Below, in pieces: positions 5,947 to 15,107 of a stretch of 38,830 bases of DNA. The stretch is from a virus. Lineage: Duplodnaviria > Caudoviricetes. The translations under genes and the position numbers were made by a program. The stretch is taken from IMG/VR virus record IMGVR_UViG_3300048851_000195, positions 1 to 38,830 of that record. The stretch is one strand, 5' to 3'. The notes under the pieces were generated by a model. The model was given only the letters and a program-made list of their open reading frames with translations. It was not told the origin of the DNA and did no database searches. Within the stretch, counting starts at the first letter, position 1. Each line of letters starts with the position of its first letter.

Positions 5947-7377
5947 ATGACTACTTTCTACTTTCAGCCCGGTCCCGCTGGATCAGGCAAGACTTACCAG
6001 CTGGCGCATTGGTCCATTGGTCGCGCATCCGCTAACGAAAAAGTGTTGATCACCCAGCCAACCAAAGAGCTTATCCGCGCAACGGCAAACCGCATCCGCG
6101 CGCTCGATCCCAACATCAAGGTAACGACGATCTATCAGCGCAGGGCAAACGAGCGCGTTACCGCTCGCGTGCTCGATCACATGAAGCAGGCCGCTCCCCA
6201 TCATGGCGAAGTGCTGCTTATCACGCATGAAACCCTCAAGCGCCTGCCTGAGAACATGCGCCAGTTCTGGCACATGGTATGCGATGAAGTGCCCAGCGTG
6301 CTTGAGCACATTGACCTCCGCATCGCAAAAACGCACCACATCGTAACCGACTACATCGACGCCAGCGAGCAGATCGGTGATGGTCTGATTGCCTTGCAGG
6401 TTGCAGATCGTGGAGCGCTTGAAGCCGTCCAGGTCAACGAAACCAAGGACCAGAACGTAGGCTCTTTTGAGCGCTTGGTGTCCGTTCTGCTATCCGGTGA
6501 TCATGTGGTTTTCATCTCCAAGAAGCAGTGGGACGACCTAACCACCAACCCGGCCCATACCGGGCATGTGGACTTCTTCTCCGTTCTCACGGCTGATTTC
6601 GTGAAGGGCTACATGAGCACCACGTTCATGGGTGCAAACATCGAAGAAACAGAGCTGTTCGTTCTTTGGTCGGCCACTCAGGACATCAACTGGTTGCCGC
6701 ATCCAGACATGAGCAACCTGCTTCGCTACGTGAAGCACCAAAACGGCAAACGGCTTACCATTGGGTATCTCTTTGATGGAAAGCTCAGCAAGCGCTTTCT
6801 GGAGCAAGAGGACGATGAAGGTCTGACCATGTTCGATCAGGTGGCCAAGTTCGTAGCGCAGTATTTCGCTGGCACGACCTTTCTATGGCAGGCCAACAAG
6901 GACGCAATGCCCGCCGCCTTTGACTTCGCGGATCGCCTTCCAGGGGTGGCGCATGGTCTGGACAAGGACGAGTGGAAGAGCGTTCACAACGTCGCGCTGC
7001 TCAGCGCCATGAACCGCAAGAGCGCAGCTTATGGCTTCCTCAAGAGCCTAGGCATCAGCAACGAGCAGGCACAGGCAACGCTCAGCTACCAGAACGATTA
7101 TCAGGCGATGATGCGCTGCTCGCTCCGTGATCCAAACGCGATTGCTCCTGTTCGCGTGATCGTGGGCAGCAAAGAGGGTGCCGAGTGGATTGCAGCTAAG
7201 TTCGACGGCTGCACGGTCGAGCCGCTGGAACATAGCATGGGCGAACCCTCCAAGGCAGGCAGGCCAGAAGGCACCACTCGGGGTGGCAAAACCGCATCCG
7301 AACGCGGCCTGGAACATCGCAAGCGCCAAAAGGAAGCAAGGGAAGCACTCGCTCGGCAGCGAGCCCAAAACAACTGA
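5947..7377 (+). CDS. Superfamily 2 helicase-like replication protein
   Basis: Walker A GPAGSGKT, motif Ia QPTKEL, Ib ITH and Walker B VCDE; basic C-terminal tail. GGAG RBS before ATG 5947. Confidence 0.8.
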   Translation: MTTFYFQPGPAGSGKTYQLAHWSIGRASANEKVLITQPTKELIRATANRIRALDPNIKVTTIYQRRANERVTARVLDHMKQAAPHHGEVLLITHETLKRLPENMRQFWHMVCDEVPSVLEHIDLRIAKTHHIVTDYIDASEQIGDGLIALQVADRGALEAVQVNETKDQNVGSFERLVSVLLSGDHVVFISKKQWDDLTTNPAHTGHVDFFSVLTADFVKGYMSTTFMGANIEETELFVLWSATQDINWLPHPDMSNLLRYVKHQNGKRLTIGYLFDGKLSKRFLEQEDDEGLTMFDQVAKFVAQYFAGTTFLWQANKDAMPAAFDFADRLPGVAHGLDKDEWKSVHNVALLSAMNRKSAAYGFLKSLGISNEQAQATLSYQNDYQAMMRCSLRDPNAIAPVRVIVGSKEGAEWIAAKFDGCTVEPLEHSMGEPSKAGRPEGTTRGGKTASERGLEHRKRQKEAREALARQRAQNN

Positions 7378-7414
7378 GCACATCGCTCACAAAAACAAGA
7401 AGGAGAAAACTCCC

Positions 7415-7708
7415 ATGAAACATACCGTACTATTCGAGAGACTGAACGCCGGGTTCCTGACGAAGCCAACCGCCGCTGAGGCCAACGAGGTCCTGCAAGC
7501 AAGATGGCTGGATCAGCAGAAACACGTAGACTGGTTGGAAGACCGTGAGGTGCGGTTCGAGCGCGTGGTTGAGATGGAAGGCGAGATTGAGTGGGCCGCG
7601 TGGCTGGGCATGGGCGGTGGCGGCTACATCGCGAGGGCGATGGCGGGCTACCGCTTCGAAGATGCAGAACACGCTATGATGTTCAAGCTGACCTTCGGCG
7701 GCGGATAA
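7415..7708 (+). CDS. Small phage protein with C-terminal FED..HAMMFKLTF motif
   Basis: AAGGAG RBS. Shares its C-terminal motif with 37930-38172. Confidence 0.75.
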   Translation: MKHTVLFERLNAGFLTKPTAAEANEVLQARWLDQQKHVDWLEDREVRFERVVEMEGEIEWAAWLGMGGGGYIARAMAGYRFEDAEHAMMFKLTFGGG

Positions 7709-7722
7709 GCCCCAGGAACGCA

Positions 7723-7749
7723 AGCCCCGTCACTCTGAGTGACGGGGCT
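7723..7749. terminator. Perfect inverted repeat between convergent units
   Basis: AGCCCCGTCACTC-T-GAGTGACGGGGCT. Confidence 0.7.
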
Positions 7750-7806
7750 AACCTGTATGCGGAAAGATCGAAACGTCGCTGTATGAGCGTCCTAGCGCGT
7801 CCTAGA

Positions 7807-8205
7807 CTACTTCGCCGGTCGCTGGGCTTGTTCCGTTGCTGGCTTGACTGGATGCTTGGATTCTACCCCGATCTGGAGGCCCAGCATACCGATGACGCCG
7901 ATGGCTGCACCAAGCAGCGCGGTCCCCACTTTACCCAAAAGCCCGACGCCTTTGCCCGCGCCGTCCAGCTGCGCAAAGCGGCCTTCGTGGTTGGAGACCT
8001 TCGCTTCGACCGCTTCAAAGCGGCCAACGTAGGTGCTCCGATGGGTGGACGTTTCCTCCAGCTTGCGAATGCGATCCTCGTGGCCATCGGCACGGCGGTT
8101 CATCTCGTCCAGTTTTGAGTTGATGTTCTCGAAGCCATTGCTGACCTTCTCATCAAGACGAATGAGCAGGTCGCGCATTTCCTGATTTGCCGCCGTGCCG
8201 CTCAT
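7807..8205 (-). CDS. Coiled-coil protein with C-terminal membrane segment (holin/XhlA-like candidate)
   Basis: LIRLDEKV...HEDRIRKLE heptads, then a hydrophobic helix; at the end of the tail operon. Confidence 0.6.
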   Translation of the reverse strand: MSGTAANQEMRDLLIRLDEKVSNGFENINSKLDEMNRRADGHEDRIRKLEETSTHRSTYVGRFEAVEAKVSNHEGRFAQLDGAGKGVGLLGKVGTALLGAAIGVIGMLGLQIGVESKHPVKPATEQAQRPAK

Positions 8206-8477
8206 TAGGAGCCGCCCGCGAAAGCGTCTACAATCGCTACCAGGACGCCAGCGCCGGTTGCGCCCAGGCCGGTACGAATGAGCCAGGTGAGAGCCACGCT
8301 CTTCACGGCATCAACCGCCCAGACCTTCTTGGCGATGCCCAGGACGGACTTGAGCAGCGATGGCTTAGCGGGGGTTGGGGAGAGTCCGGTTGCGCTGACC
8401 GTCGAAGCGCGACCTTCGACAGCCTGCTCTGCTGGAACTTCCTTACCCTCATCGTTGTAGAAGCGAATATCAGGCAT
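8205..8477 (-). CDS. Small membrane-associated protein (lysis-module candidate)
   Basis: ATG 8477 overlaps the upstream stop; amphipathic/hydrophobic C-terminal half; TAATG coupling to the next gene. Confidence 0.6.
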   Translation of the reverse strand: MPDIRFYNDEGKEVPAEQAVEGRASTVSATGLSPTPAKPSLLKSVLGIAKKVWAVDAVKSVALTWLIRTGLGATGAGVLVAIVDAFAGGS

Positions 8478-8853
8478 CAGTCGAGCCCTCCACTGGAGGA
8501 ACGTAGGTTGGGAGCGGAGCACCCATTGGCGTCATCGGCAATGGCGTCGGCGCAGGATTGGGCTGATTGGGATCGTAGACCTGATAGCGTGCGACGTTAT
8601 CAGCGAGTGCGGACATGTTGCCCGTGATAGCGCTGGTGGTGTAATTGAACAGGTTGCTAGTCGAGCCAGCCAACGCCTCGGACAGCATCTGGTAAACCGT
8701 CGCGTACTCTGCGCTCTCCAGAACTGTTTTCAGCTTGAGGTACGCTTCGTTGTTGGCAATCTGCTGGCGCACAAACTCCTGTTGAGCATGTATCGCGATG
8801 ATGCGGTTTGCCTCTGCCAGCTGTTCCGGGGTTACGATAATCTCTTCGTCCAT
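8470..8853 (-). CDS. Hypothetical protein
   Basis: GAGGGAG RBS, its own TAAATA box and a Pro-rich C-terminus. Confidence 0.75.
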   Translation of the reverse strand: MDEEIIVTPEQLAEANRIIAIHAQQEFVRQQIANNEAYLKLKTVLESAEYATVYQMLSEALAGSTSNLFNYTTSAITGNMSALADNVARYQVYDPNQPNPAPTPLPMTPMGAPLPTYVPPVEGSTDA

Positions 8854-8885
8854 TGGGGGTTGTCTCCCTCTTATTGTTGTTCAGG

Positions 8886-8891
8886 TATTTA
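8886..8891 (-). promoter_or_regulatory. TAAATA box
   Basis: CT-TAAATA-CCTG in the 43-nt gap upstream of 8853. Confidence 0.7.
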
Positions 8892-8896
8892 AGTCA

Positions 8897-9385
8897 TCAC
8901 TCTCTTGAAGTTGCACCTTCAGCGAGGATGCGGCGATGGTAGAAGCCCGCTAGCGCCTCGTGTTCTGGAAGCAGCAACCCGCGCTGATCCACCGCAGCCT
9001 GATAGTGCTCCAGGTCCGCGATGCTCTTTTCGCGCACGTTCTCGGTGGAGTGAACGCGATGGTAAAGTGTAGCCCAAACAATCTCCGGAGTGGCGACATA
9101 GCAGTCCAGTTCAACATCTGGGGTAAGCTGAACCGACTGTACTTCGCAAAGCGCTTCCATCCTCTCTACCACCTGATCGGGATAGACGTTGATTTCCAGC
9201 ACCAAGGGCGCGTCGAGAACTAGGTACTTGTCGGGGAAAATCTGACGGAGCTGGAACCCGGTCAATGTGACTAGATCAACGAACTCGCTGACGCTGCAAA
9301 CGAGGTCGATGTCTCGCACCGCATCGTTGCGGTATGGAGGAAGGTAGCTGCCCAGCTTGGCAGCATAGGAGCCGATTACAATCAT
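8897..9385 (-). CDS. Pol-beta-type nucleotidyltransferase-fold protein
   Basis: N-terminal VIGSYA...RDIDL (hGS...DxD) signature. Confidence 0.65.
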   Translation of the reverse strand: MIVIGSYAAKLGSYLPPYRNDAVRDIDLVCSVSEFVDLVTLTGFQLRQIFPDKYLVLDAPLVLEINVYPDQVVERMEALCEVQSVQLTPDVELDCYVATPEIVWATLYHRVHSTENVREKSIADLEHYQAAVDQRGLLLPEHEALAGFYHRRILAEGATSRE

Positions 9386-10089
9386 TTGATCCTCGAAACG
9401 TCTACTAGGAAGGTGCCGGTGGACAGGTTGTTTTCTAGCCCGCTCCCCACGTAATTATCGTAGCCGTCTTGACTGAACCTACGAGTTGACTGGAACACGC
9501 TGTTTGGCGAGCAACCCCATGTCTGTAGTGAGTAGGTCACGCGATCAATCCACTGCACACCGCCGCTACCGTTGGAAATGTCGTAGGTGTCGTTCTGAAC
9601 GCCGTATCCCGCATTGAACGTGTGCGCCCACTTGCCGGTTGGAAGACTTGGTGAGTAGGCCTTCGTGATCATCGGGTAGTCCCGGTTGCTGAACACGCAA
9701 CGACCCGCGCCATCAAACACATTGACCTTCACGCCAAGGATCGTTGCGAGTGGGCGGTCAAACACATAGTAGCTGTACGAGTAGTCCTGCCCGTACCGCT
9801 CCGTGACCATGATGCGGAAGGTCCAGGTGTTGGTAGAGGCATTATAGGCTCGGCCGATGACGCCTGCCCCCATGTCATCGCGACCAACCGGGACGTTCTT
9901 GTAAATCGCGAGTACAGGGGCGGTGCCACCAGTGTATGTGATGTCCTGGATACCAACGCCGCCAGGGGGATAGTTGAAGTTGGGAGGATTGTTGGCCCAG
10001 CCATTGCCCCACTGGCGCAATGCCAAACAGACATAGTTTTCATCGACAATGACCACGTTATTGTCGTTGATTAATCTGATGCCCGTCAT
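9382..10089 (-). CDS. Tail-tip/fibre-associated protein
   Basis: MTGIRLINDNNVVIVDENY and YYVFD...VNVFDGAGRCVF repeats typical of genes after the central fibre; ATGA overlaps. Confidence 0.7.
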   Translation of the reverse strand: MTGIRLINDNNVVIVDENYVCLALRQWGNGWANNPPNFNYPPGGVGIQDITYTGGTAPVLAIYKNVPVGRDDMGAGVIGRAYNASTNTWTFRIMVTERYGQDYSYSYYVFDRPLATILGVKVNVFDGAGRCVFSNRDYPMITKAYSPSLPTGKWAHTFNAGYGVQNDTYDISNGSGGVQWIDRVTYSLQTWGCSPNSVFQSTRRFSQDGYDNYVGSGLENNLSTGTFLVDVSRIK

Positions 10090-10430
10090 GGTGCGCCCCA
10101 GCCGTAATAGAGTGTCACAGTCTCACCAGCTGGGTAGGTGCCGTTATAGCCGAGGTTGAACGTCAGCCGTGCAGTGGTGCTGTTCAACCTATTTACTTCA
10201 CCAACCGCGTAAGCCCTGTTGTTGCCCATGATGTAGAGCGTGGGCGCGGTATTGGTGGGGCAAGGAAAGTCGATGTAATAGCTCCAGCCTATGCCGCTCA
10301 CCGCTGTTGTGGTTGGTAGTGGCGGGTTTGGACCAGTGACCACATAGACACCGACAGTTCGCGTGGTGGTGTCCGCGAGACTGAGTTGCAGTGTGCCATC
10401 GGCGGCGTAGATGTTGAACTTGAGCGCCAT
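10086..10430 (-). CDS. Small tail-tip-associated protein
   Basis: N-terminal FNIYAADGTLQLSLADTTTR motif; directly follows the fibre gene. Confidence 0.65.
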   Translation of the reverse strand: MALKFNIYAADGTLQLSLADTTTRTVGVYVVTGPNPPLPTTTAVSGIGWSYYIDFPCPTNTAPTLYIMGNNRAYAVGEVNRLNSTTARLTFNLGYNGTYPAGETVTLYYGWGAP

Positions 10431-10434
10431 TAGC

Positions 10435-13400
10435 TCACACCGAGATTTCTACGCGCAGGACGTTGTTGGCATCGTAGAGCCACTGGCCGTTGCTCGTCTG
10501 CACATGCCTTGCTCCAGACGTTGCACTCTGCATCGTGACCGTTCCCGCGCTATCGACGATGAAGCGGTTGTTGATGTTGATCGAGCCAGCTGTAACCGCG
10601 CCGAGGTTGGCGCTGATTGCACTCAGCTGCTGGACGTTCATGCGGCTGGCGGTAATCGTGCCGGTGCTGATCCTGTCACCGTGGATGTTCGTGCCGCCGT
10701 AGGTCACGTTCAGGTTTGCACCGCCCCACCACGATGCGATGTGGACGATACCCGGACGACCAGGGTTCTCCTGGTTGAAGTGGATACGTCCAGCACCTGG
10801 GAACCAATAGAACCACAAGTGCGGCGGGGTGCCTCCAGTATTGCCTGCCGGAATGTATTCCTGGACCGCATTGCCCCAATCATCGGTCCAGTAGATGTAG
10901 CCTTCACTCCAGTAGACCCAGCCGTTTGCCGGGTTCCATTCGAAGATCAGGCCAATGTAAGCGACGTTGCGCGAGGCGATGTTCAGCTTTTCCGCGCCGA
11001 TGCTGTTAGCCTTGATTGCACCACCGCGAATTTCCGTCTGATCGCGCCACGCATCCAGGGAAGTGCTGCCTTGGATGAGGATTTGACCGGGATTGATCTT
11101 GGTGCTGGCCTGATTGATGCGAGCAGCTGGATCGGTGTTCACCAGGGAGTTGTCGTTGCCCTGCGTGATGCGAACGCCTGCAACCGAGCAACCGCCTTGG
11201 CTGAAAGTCACCTTGCCGAAGACCGTCAGATTAGGAGTTGCGCCCAAAGACCACATCAGCACGCCATCAGCGAGCCAGCGGATCGTGGAGCCGTCATACT
11301 CCATCGTGAACACGGTATCGTTCGTGAACGTCACGCCGTTGTAGGAAGTGCCGAGGCTCTGGTTCCACTGCCAGCCCGTATGGCCGACATACCAGCTGCC
11401 ATTCTCCGAACGGTGCCACATCCAATAGTGGATTTGCGTGTAGTTGGGGTTCGCTACTGCATTGTTGCCGGCGAGGCCAAGGAACGTGCCCGCAGTCGTC
11501 ATGCGACCGCTCATCACCGCAGCGCCACGGAAGCTCTCTAGAGTGGTCGCCGTGTATTGCGCGTCGTAGTTGGCAGAGCTTGGCACGGCACGCAGGTTGT
11601 TGCCCGTAACCTCGACAAGAGCGGTTGTCTGCCAGCTGTTAGAGCTAGTAGCCGCGCTGCCAGCGTATGGCGTGAACTGGATGTTTGTGACCTTCGCCAC
11701 ACTGGCTGGAGCCGCGATGGTGGCACCGAAGCACATCGTCAGGTTAGCTGTGGCCCTTAGCTGATAGACAAGCGTGCTGTCGGCGAACCAGTAAACAAAA
11801 TCGCCGTCATACCTGATCGAGTAGGACGTCTTTAGATCGAGCAACGCTCCGCGATAGCTGCCACCCACTAATGCCAGGGCAACCCAACTGCCACCGAAAC
11901 CAATGTAGATGTTGCTGTCCTGACCAATGTGCCAGCGGTAGTCGATGTTCATGTTTTTGTCGGAGGCGTTAGGGAACGTCTGCGTCGAAAGTAGCATGCC
12001 AAACGTGGCCCTGTTGCCGGTGAAGCTGCCCTTCACAAATGCGCCGTTGGTGTAACGCTCTCGACTGTAGGTAGCTGTGCTCCAGTCGTCATAGCCCGTG
12101 GTGTTGCGCTGTAGCGTGCTACCTACAAGCTGATACTGATCGCCGCTGTTGACGGGCATCAGCGACAGGGCGTTTCCGCTCTTGACGACCTCACCAAGTG
12201 ACTGGTTTGAACCGCTGACCACAACGCTTTGGGACAGGACGGTGTTTGCCTTGATCTTGTTTGCGTCGAGTGTGTCGATGCGGATGCGGTCGCCGTCCAA
12301 GCTGTTGACGGTGATCTTCTCGGTGGTGATCGCACCAGGTTCGATCAGCGTAGCGCCAGACGCCTTGGTCAGCTGAATTCCACCGAGACGAGCATAGCCG
12401 GTAAAAGCGGAGCCGCTGAGATTGAAGAGGATGAACTGCACCGACGCGGCTGCGTTCGGAGCCATACCCTGCATGGTCTTGTACTGGCGCGGAGAACCAA
12501 AAGCAGTTGCGGGGAAGTCTAAGCTGAAGTCGCCCAGGTACGTGCCGTAGGCATCCCAGAACCGGGCATAAACGACGATTCCCTGGCTGCTGTAGTTGAT
12601 GCAGGTTGCGGACAGCTCATAAAGCGCACCGCCCTGAACACCAGTGCTGCCCTTGGAAAACAAGTGCTGACGGCCAGTTCCAGGTGGAGTAGCTGAACCA
12701 TCCCAGAGAGTGACGAACCCTTCTGTGCCCATTTGGGCGACCGCAGATGGATCGCGAGGACTGTCCTTGTACCAACCACCTGCCGAGTAAGCGCCGACCG
12801 ACAGTGAGTTGTTGTAGACACCGTTGTTGTCCCAATACGCTAGATCGTTGAAGCCAGGGTCACGGTTCATTCGCTGAATGTCTACGATGGCGAGCTTCGT
12901 GGTTGTGACCTCACCTGCGCCGATGTTACCGGCCTTTACTGCGCCAACGTCGAGCAGGTCAGTGGTGATCGACTTGGCTTTGACGTGCTTGGTTTCGATA
13001 ACACCGTCTTTGATCAGCGTTCCATCTGCAACGCGGACGATGGAAACAAAGAACTGGAAATTGCCCGTGAAGGCCCCATAGAAGCGGAACTGCCAGTTCT
13101 TTACCCCGTCATGGCCCGCGTTCGTGCGCGTGAACTCGTGCGTCACCACGCCGACAGTGGGCGCCTTCACTGAAGACGCGCTGTCCGCCACGTGACCGTC
13201 CGCGTTCCCCGAGATGGGGCTGAACCACATCTCTCCGGGCATGTGGATCATCGGATTGAACCAGCCGACGAAGTTAGGGTCTGCATAGTAGGAGAAACGG
13301 ATGCGGTAAGTTGCACCGTACTCCATTGGGAAATACGGGGTATACCAGTCCGACACTGCGTTGCTGGGCGGGGTGATCGACGCGATGTTGACGGGTGCCA

Positions 13401-15036
13401 TCGGCCAAGATGCGTTGGTTGGCACAAGTGTTGCCGTTCCCGGCGCGCCGCTGGTGAACCAGAAGTCCTTGTCCTGCATCGCGCTATCAGGAATGATGCT
13501 GTCGGTGTTCGCGACTATCAGGTTAGTGGCCTTGACAGTGTTACCCGCGATGATGTCACCAGTGACCGAGCCAGCCGCGAGGTTGGGCGTCTTGATTTCC
13601 TTGTCACCAATCTGCGTGCTGGTGATCTTGCCAGCCAGCTTGGTTGCCGACACCGTTGCAATCTGCGCGTCGGTAAGCTGGCCGCTGATGTCCGTTGACG
13701 GAACTGCTGCCGTCCATGCGCCATTGACCAAGCGATAGAGCTTGCCGTCTGTGGTGTTCAGGAAGGAGTTGGAGCCGGTGTAGCCTACTAGACTTGGTAG
13801 TGTTGGACCGGTGCCGGTAAACTCCTGACCTGGGGCGAGGTCCAGGTTGGTTAGACCGGCAGTGGTGACGGTCGCTACCGCAGTGTCCGCGCTGTCGTTT
13901 CCGGAGGTGTCAACGGACCTTAGCCAGTAATAGTAGGTTCCAGGTGTGACGTTTGAGCGGGTGTAAGTCGAGGTGCCACCAGGGCGGGCGGCTACTTCCG
14001 CTACCTTTGTGGCGCTGGCTCGCACATTGGTTGTGCTCTCATACACCTTGACGAATGCAAGGTCAGTGTCAGCGGCATTGATCCACCGGATGAAGGCGGC
14101 TTCTACGTTGATCCCTGTTGGGATTGCGGGTGGAACATCGTCCTTCTTGGTGACATGCTCGGCAACCGCGCTGTAGCCGGATGGATTGCCCAGCTTGTCA
14201 AAGGCGCTCACTTTGAGTGAGAACTTGGTTCCGCGTGGCAGTGCAGTGCGCTCAAAGCGTGGCGAACCAACCGTGAAGTCGATGAAGTTGCCATCATTCT
14301 CAGCAATGGCGAGATTGTAGCCCGAGAGGTCCGCATCCGCTGGAGCGTTCCAGGTCGCAGTGAGGGTTACGCCTGCATCGGTGAGCTTGGACGATACCGC
14401 TAGGCCGGTTGGGATGGCAGGCGGATCAATGTCGATGATACCGTCGATGTCGAGCGGATTGCGCTCTGCTTTGACTGCTTCCCACGCGCTGAACGGATCG
14501 AAGCCGAACGCGTCGTAAGGTGCGACACGCAGGAAATATGCATCATTGTCGGGCAGTGGGATTGAGAACGAGGTAGACTTGCCCCTGTAGCGCTCGTGGG
14601 CTGCATCAAGCGGGAAGTCGGGAGTTGTGCTTACCCAGGCGATATACCCCTCTAGATCGCTATCGGCGGGCTGCTTGACCGAAACGGAGACGCCATCGAA
14701 GGTGCGAGTGACAACCGGCGCTTCCGGCAGCACTGGAACGGGGTTCTGTGCGTCGATCACAACCCACTGCGACCACTTGCCCTTAGCGTTCTGGGTACGC
14801 ATCCTCACTCGGGGTGAGCGTGTCAGACCCGCGTTGGCATTCTCGGTGTGGGTGAGCGTGTCCTGGTAGACGCGCATACCATCAGAAGCGGTGCTCTGTG
14901 GTCGGTTTGCATCGACATAGTGATTTACGACGCCGTTAGCGCACTGGTATTCAAGCTGATAAAGAAGCTCGGCACCGTTGGTGCTGACTTCCTTAAACGT
15001 GACTACAAGATCGGCTCCATTGAAGTTAACTGCCAT
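10435..15036 (-). CDS. Tail fibre / host-specificity protein (Fn3, carbohydrate-binding-like and duplicated beta-sandwich domains)
   Basis: Fn3 signatures (PPAIPTG, YYYWLRSVDTSGN), repeated ITTxKL/I helical repeats and a J-like C-terminus (LSAISANLGAVTAG). Confidence 0.9.
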   Translation of the reverse strand: MAVNFNGADLVVTFKEVSTNGAELLYQLEYQCANGVVNHYVDANRPQSTASDGMRVYQDTLTHTENANAGLTRSPRVRMRTQNAKGKWSQWVVIDAQNPVPVLPEAPVVTRTFDGVSVSVKQPADSDLEGYIAWVSTTPDFPLDAAHERYRGKSTSFSIPLPDNDAYFLRVAPYDAFGFDPFSAWEAVKAERNPLDIDGIIDIDPPAIPTGLAVSSKLTDAGVTLTATWNAPADADLSGYNLAIAENDGNFIDFTVGSPRFERTALPRGTKFSLKVSAFDKLGNPSGYSAVAEHVTKKDDVPPAIPTGINVEAAFIRWINAADTDLAFVKVYESTTNVRASATKVAEVAARPGGTSTYTRSNVTPGTYYYWLRSVDTSGNDSADTAVATVTTAGLTNLDLAPGQEFTGTGPTLPSLVGYTGSNSFLNTTDGKLYRLVNGAWTAAVPSTDISGQLTDAQIATVSATKLAGKITSTQIGDKEIKTPNLAAGSVTGDIIAGNTVKATNLIVANTDSIIPDSAMQDKDFWFTSGAPGTATLVPTNASWPMAPVNIASITPPSNAVSDWYTPYFPMEYGATYRIRFSYYADPNFVGWFNPMIHMPGEMWFSPISGNADGHVADSASSVKAPTVGVVTHEFTRTNAGHDGVKNWQFRFYGAFTGNFQFFVSIVRVADGTLIKDGVIETKHVKAKSITTDLLDVGAVKAGNIGAGEVTTTKLAIVDIQRMNRDPGFNDLAYWDNNGVYNNSLSVGAYSAGGWYKDSPRDPSAVAQMGTEGFVTLWDGSATPPGTGRQHLFSKGSTGVQGGALYELSATCINYSSQGIVVYARFWDAYGTYLGDFSLDFPATAFGSPRQYKTMQGMAPNAAASVQFILFNLSGSAFTGYARLGGIQLTKASGATLIEPGAITTEKITVNSLDGDRIRIDTLDANKIKANTVLSQSVVVSGSNQSLGEVVKSGNALSLMPVNSGDQYQLVGSTLQRNTTGYDDWSTATYSRERYTNGAFVKGSFTGNRATFGMLLSTQTFPNASDKNMNIDYRWHIGQDSNIYIGFGGSWVALALVGGSYRGALLDLKTSYSIRYDGDFVYWFADSTLVYQLRATANLTMCFGATIAAPASVAKVTNIQFTPYAGSAATSSNSWQTTALVEVTGNNLRAVPSSANYDAQYTATTLESFRGAAVMSGRMTTAGTFLGLAGNNAVANPNYTQIHYWMWHRSENGSWYVGHTGWQWNQSLGTSYNGVTFTNDTVFTMEYDGSTIRWLADGVLMWSLGATPNLTVFGKVTFSQGGCSVAGVRITQGNDNSLVNTDPAARINQASTKINPGQILIQGSTSLDAWRDQTEIRGGAIKANSIGAEKLNIASRNVAYIGLIFEWNPANGWVYWSEGYIYWTDDWGNAVQEYIPAGNTGGTPPHLWFYWFPGAGRIHFNQENPGRPGIVHIASWWGGANLNVTYGGTNIHGDRISTGTITASRMNVQQLSAISANLGAVTAGSININNRFIVDSAGTVTMQSATSGARHVQTSNGQWLYDANNVLRVEISV

Positions 15037-15049
15037 CCTTTAATCAAGC

Positions 15050-15079
15050 CTCCTGGGTTTTCTTTTATTTACCCAGGAG
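15050..15079 (-). promoter_or_regulatory. TAAATA box inside an SD-occluding hairpin
   Basis: CTCCTGGGT...ACCCAGGAG arms (15071-15079 and 15050-15058) flank TAAATA at 15066-15071. Confidence 0.7.
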
Positions 15080-15107
15080 ACCTGATTGGACTTGCGCGGC
15101 AGAGCCG

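Noticed and set aside
10411-11541. 376-aa plus-strand ORF and the many other antisense ORFs across the structural module
   Set aside because: Shadow frames of well-supported minus-strand genes in GC-rich DNA.
10435-15036. Diversity-generating retroelement or invertible tail-fibre cassette
   Set aside because: No reverse transcriptase, template/variable repeat pair or flanking inversion sites seen.
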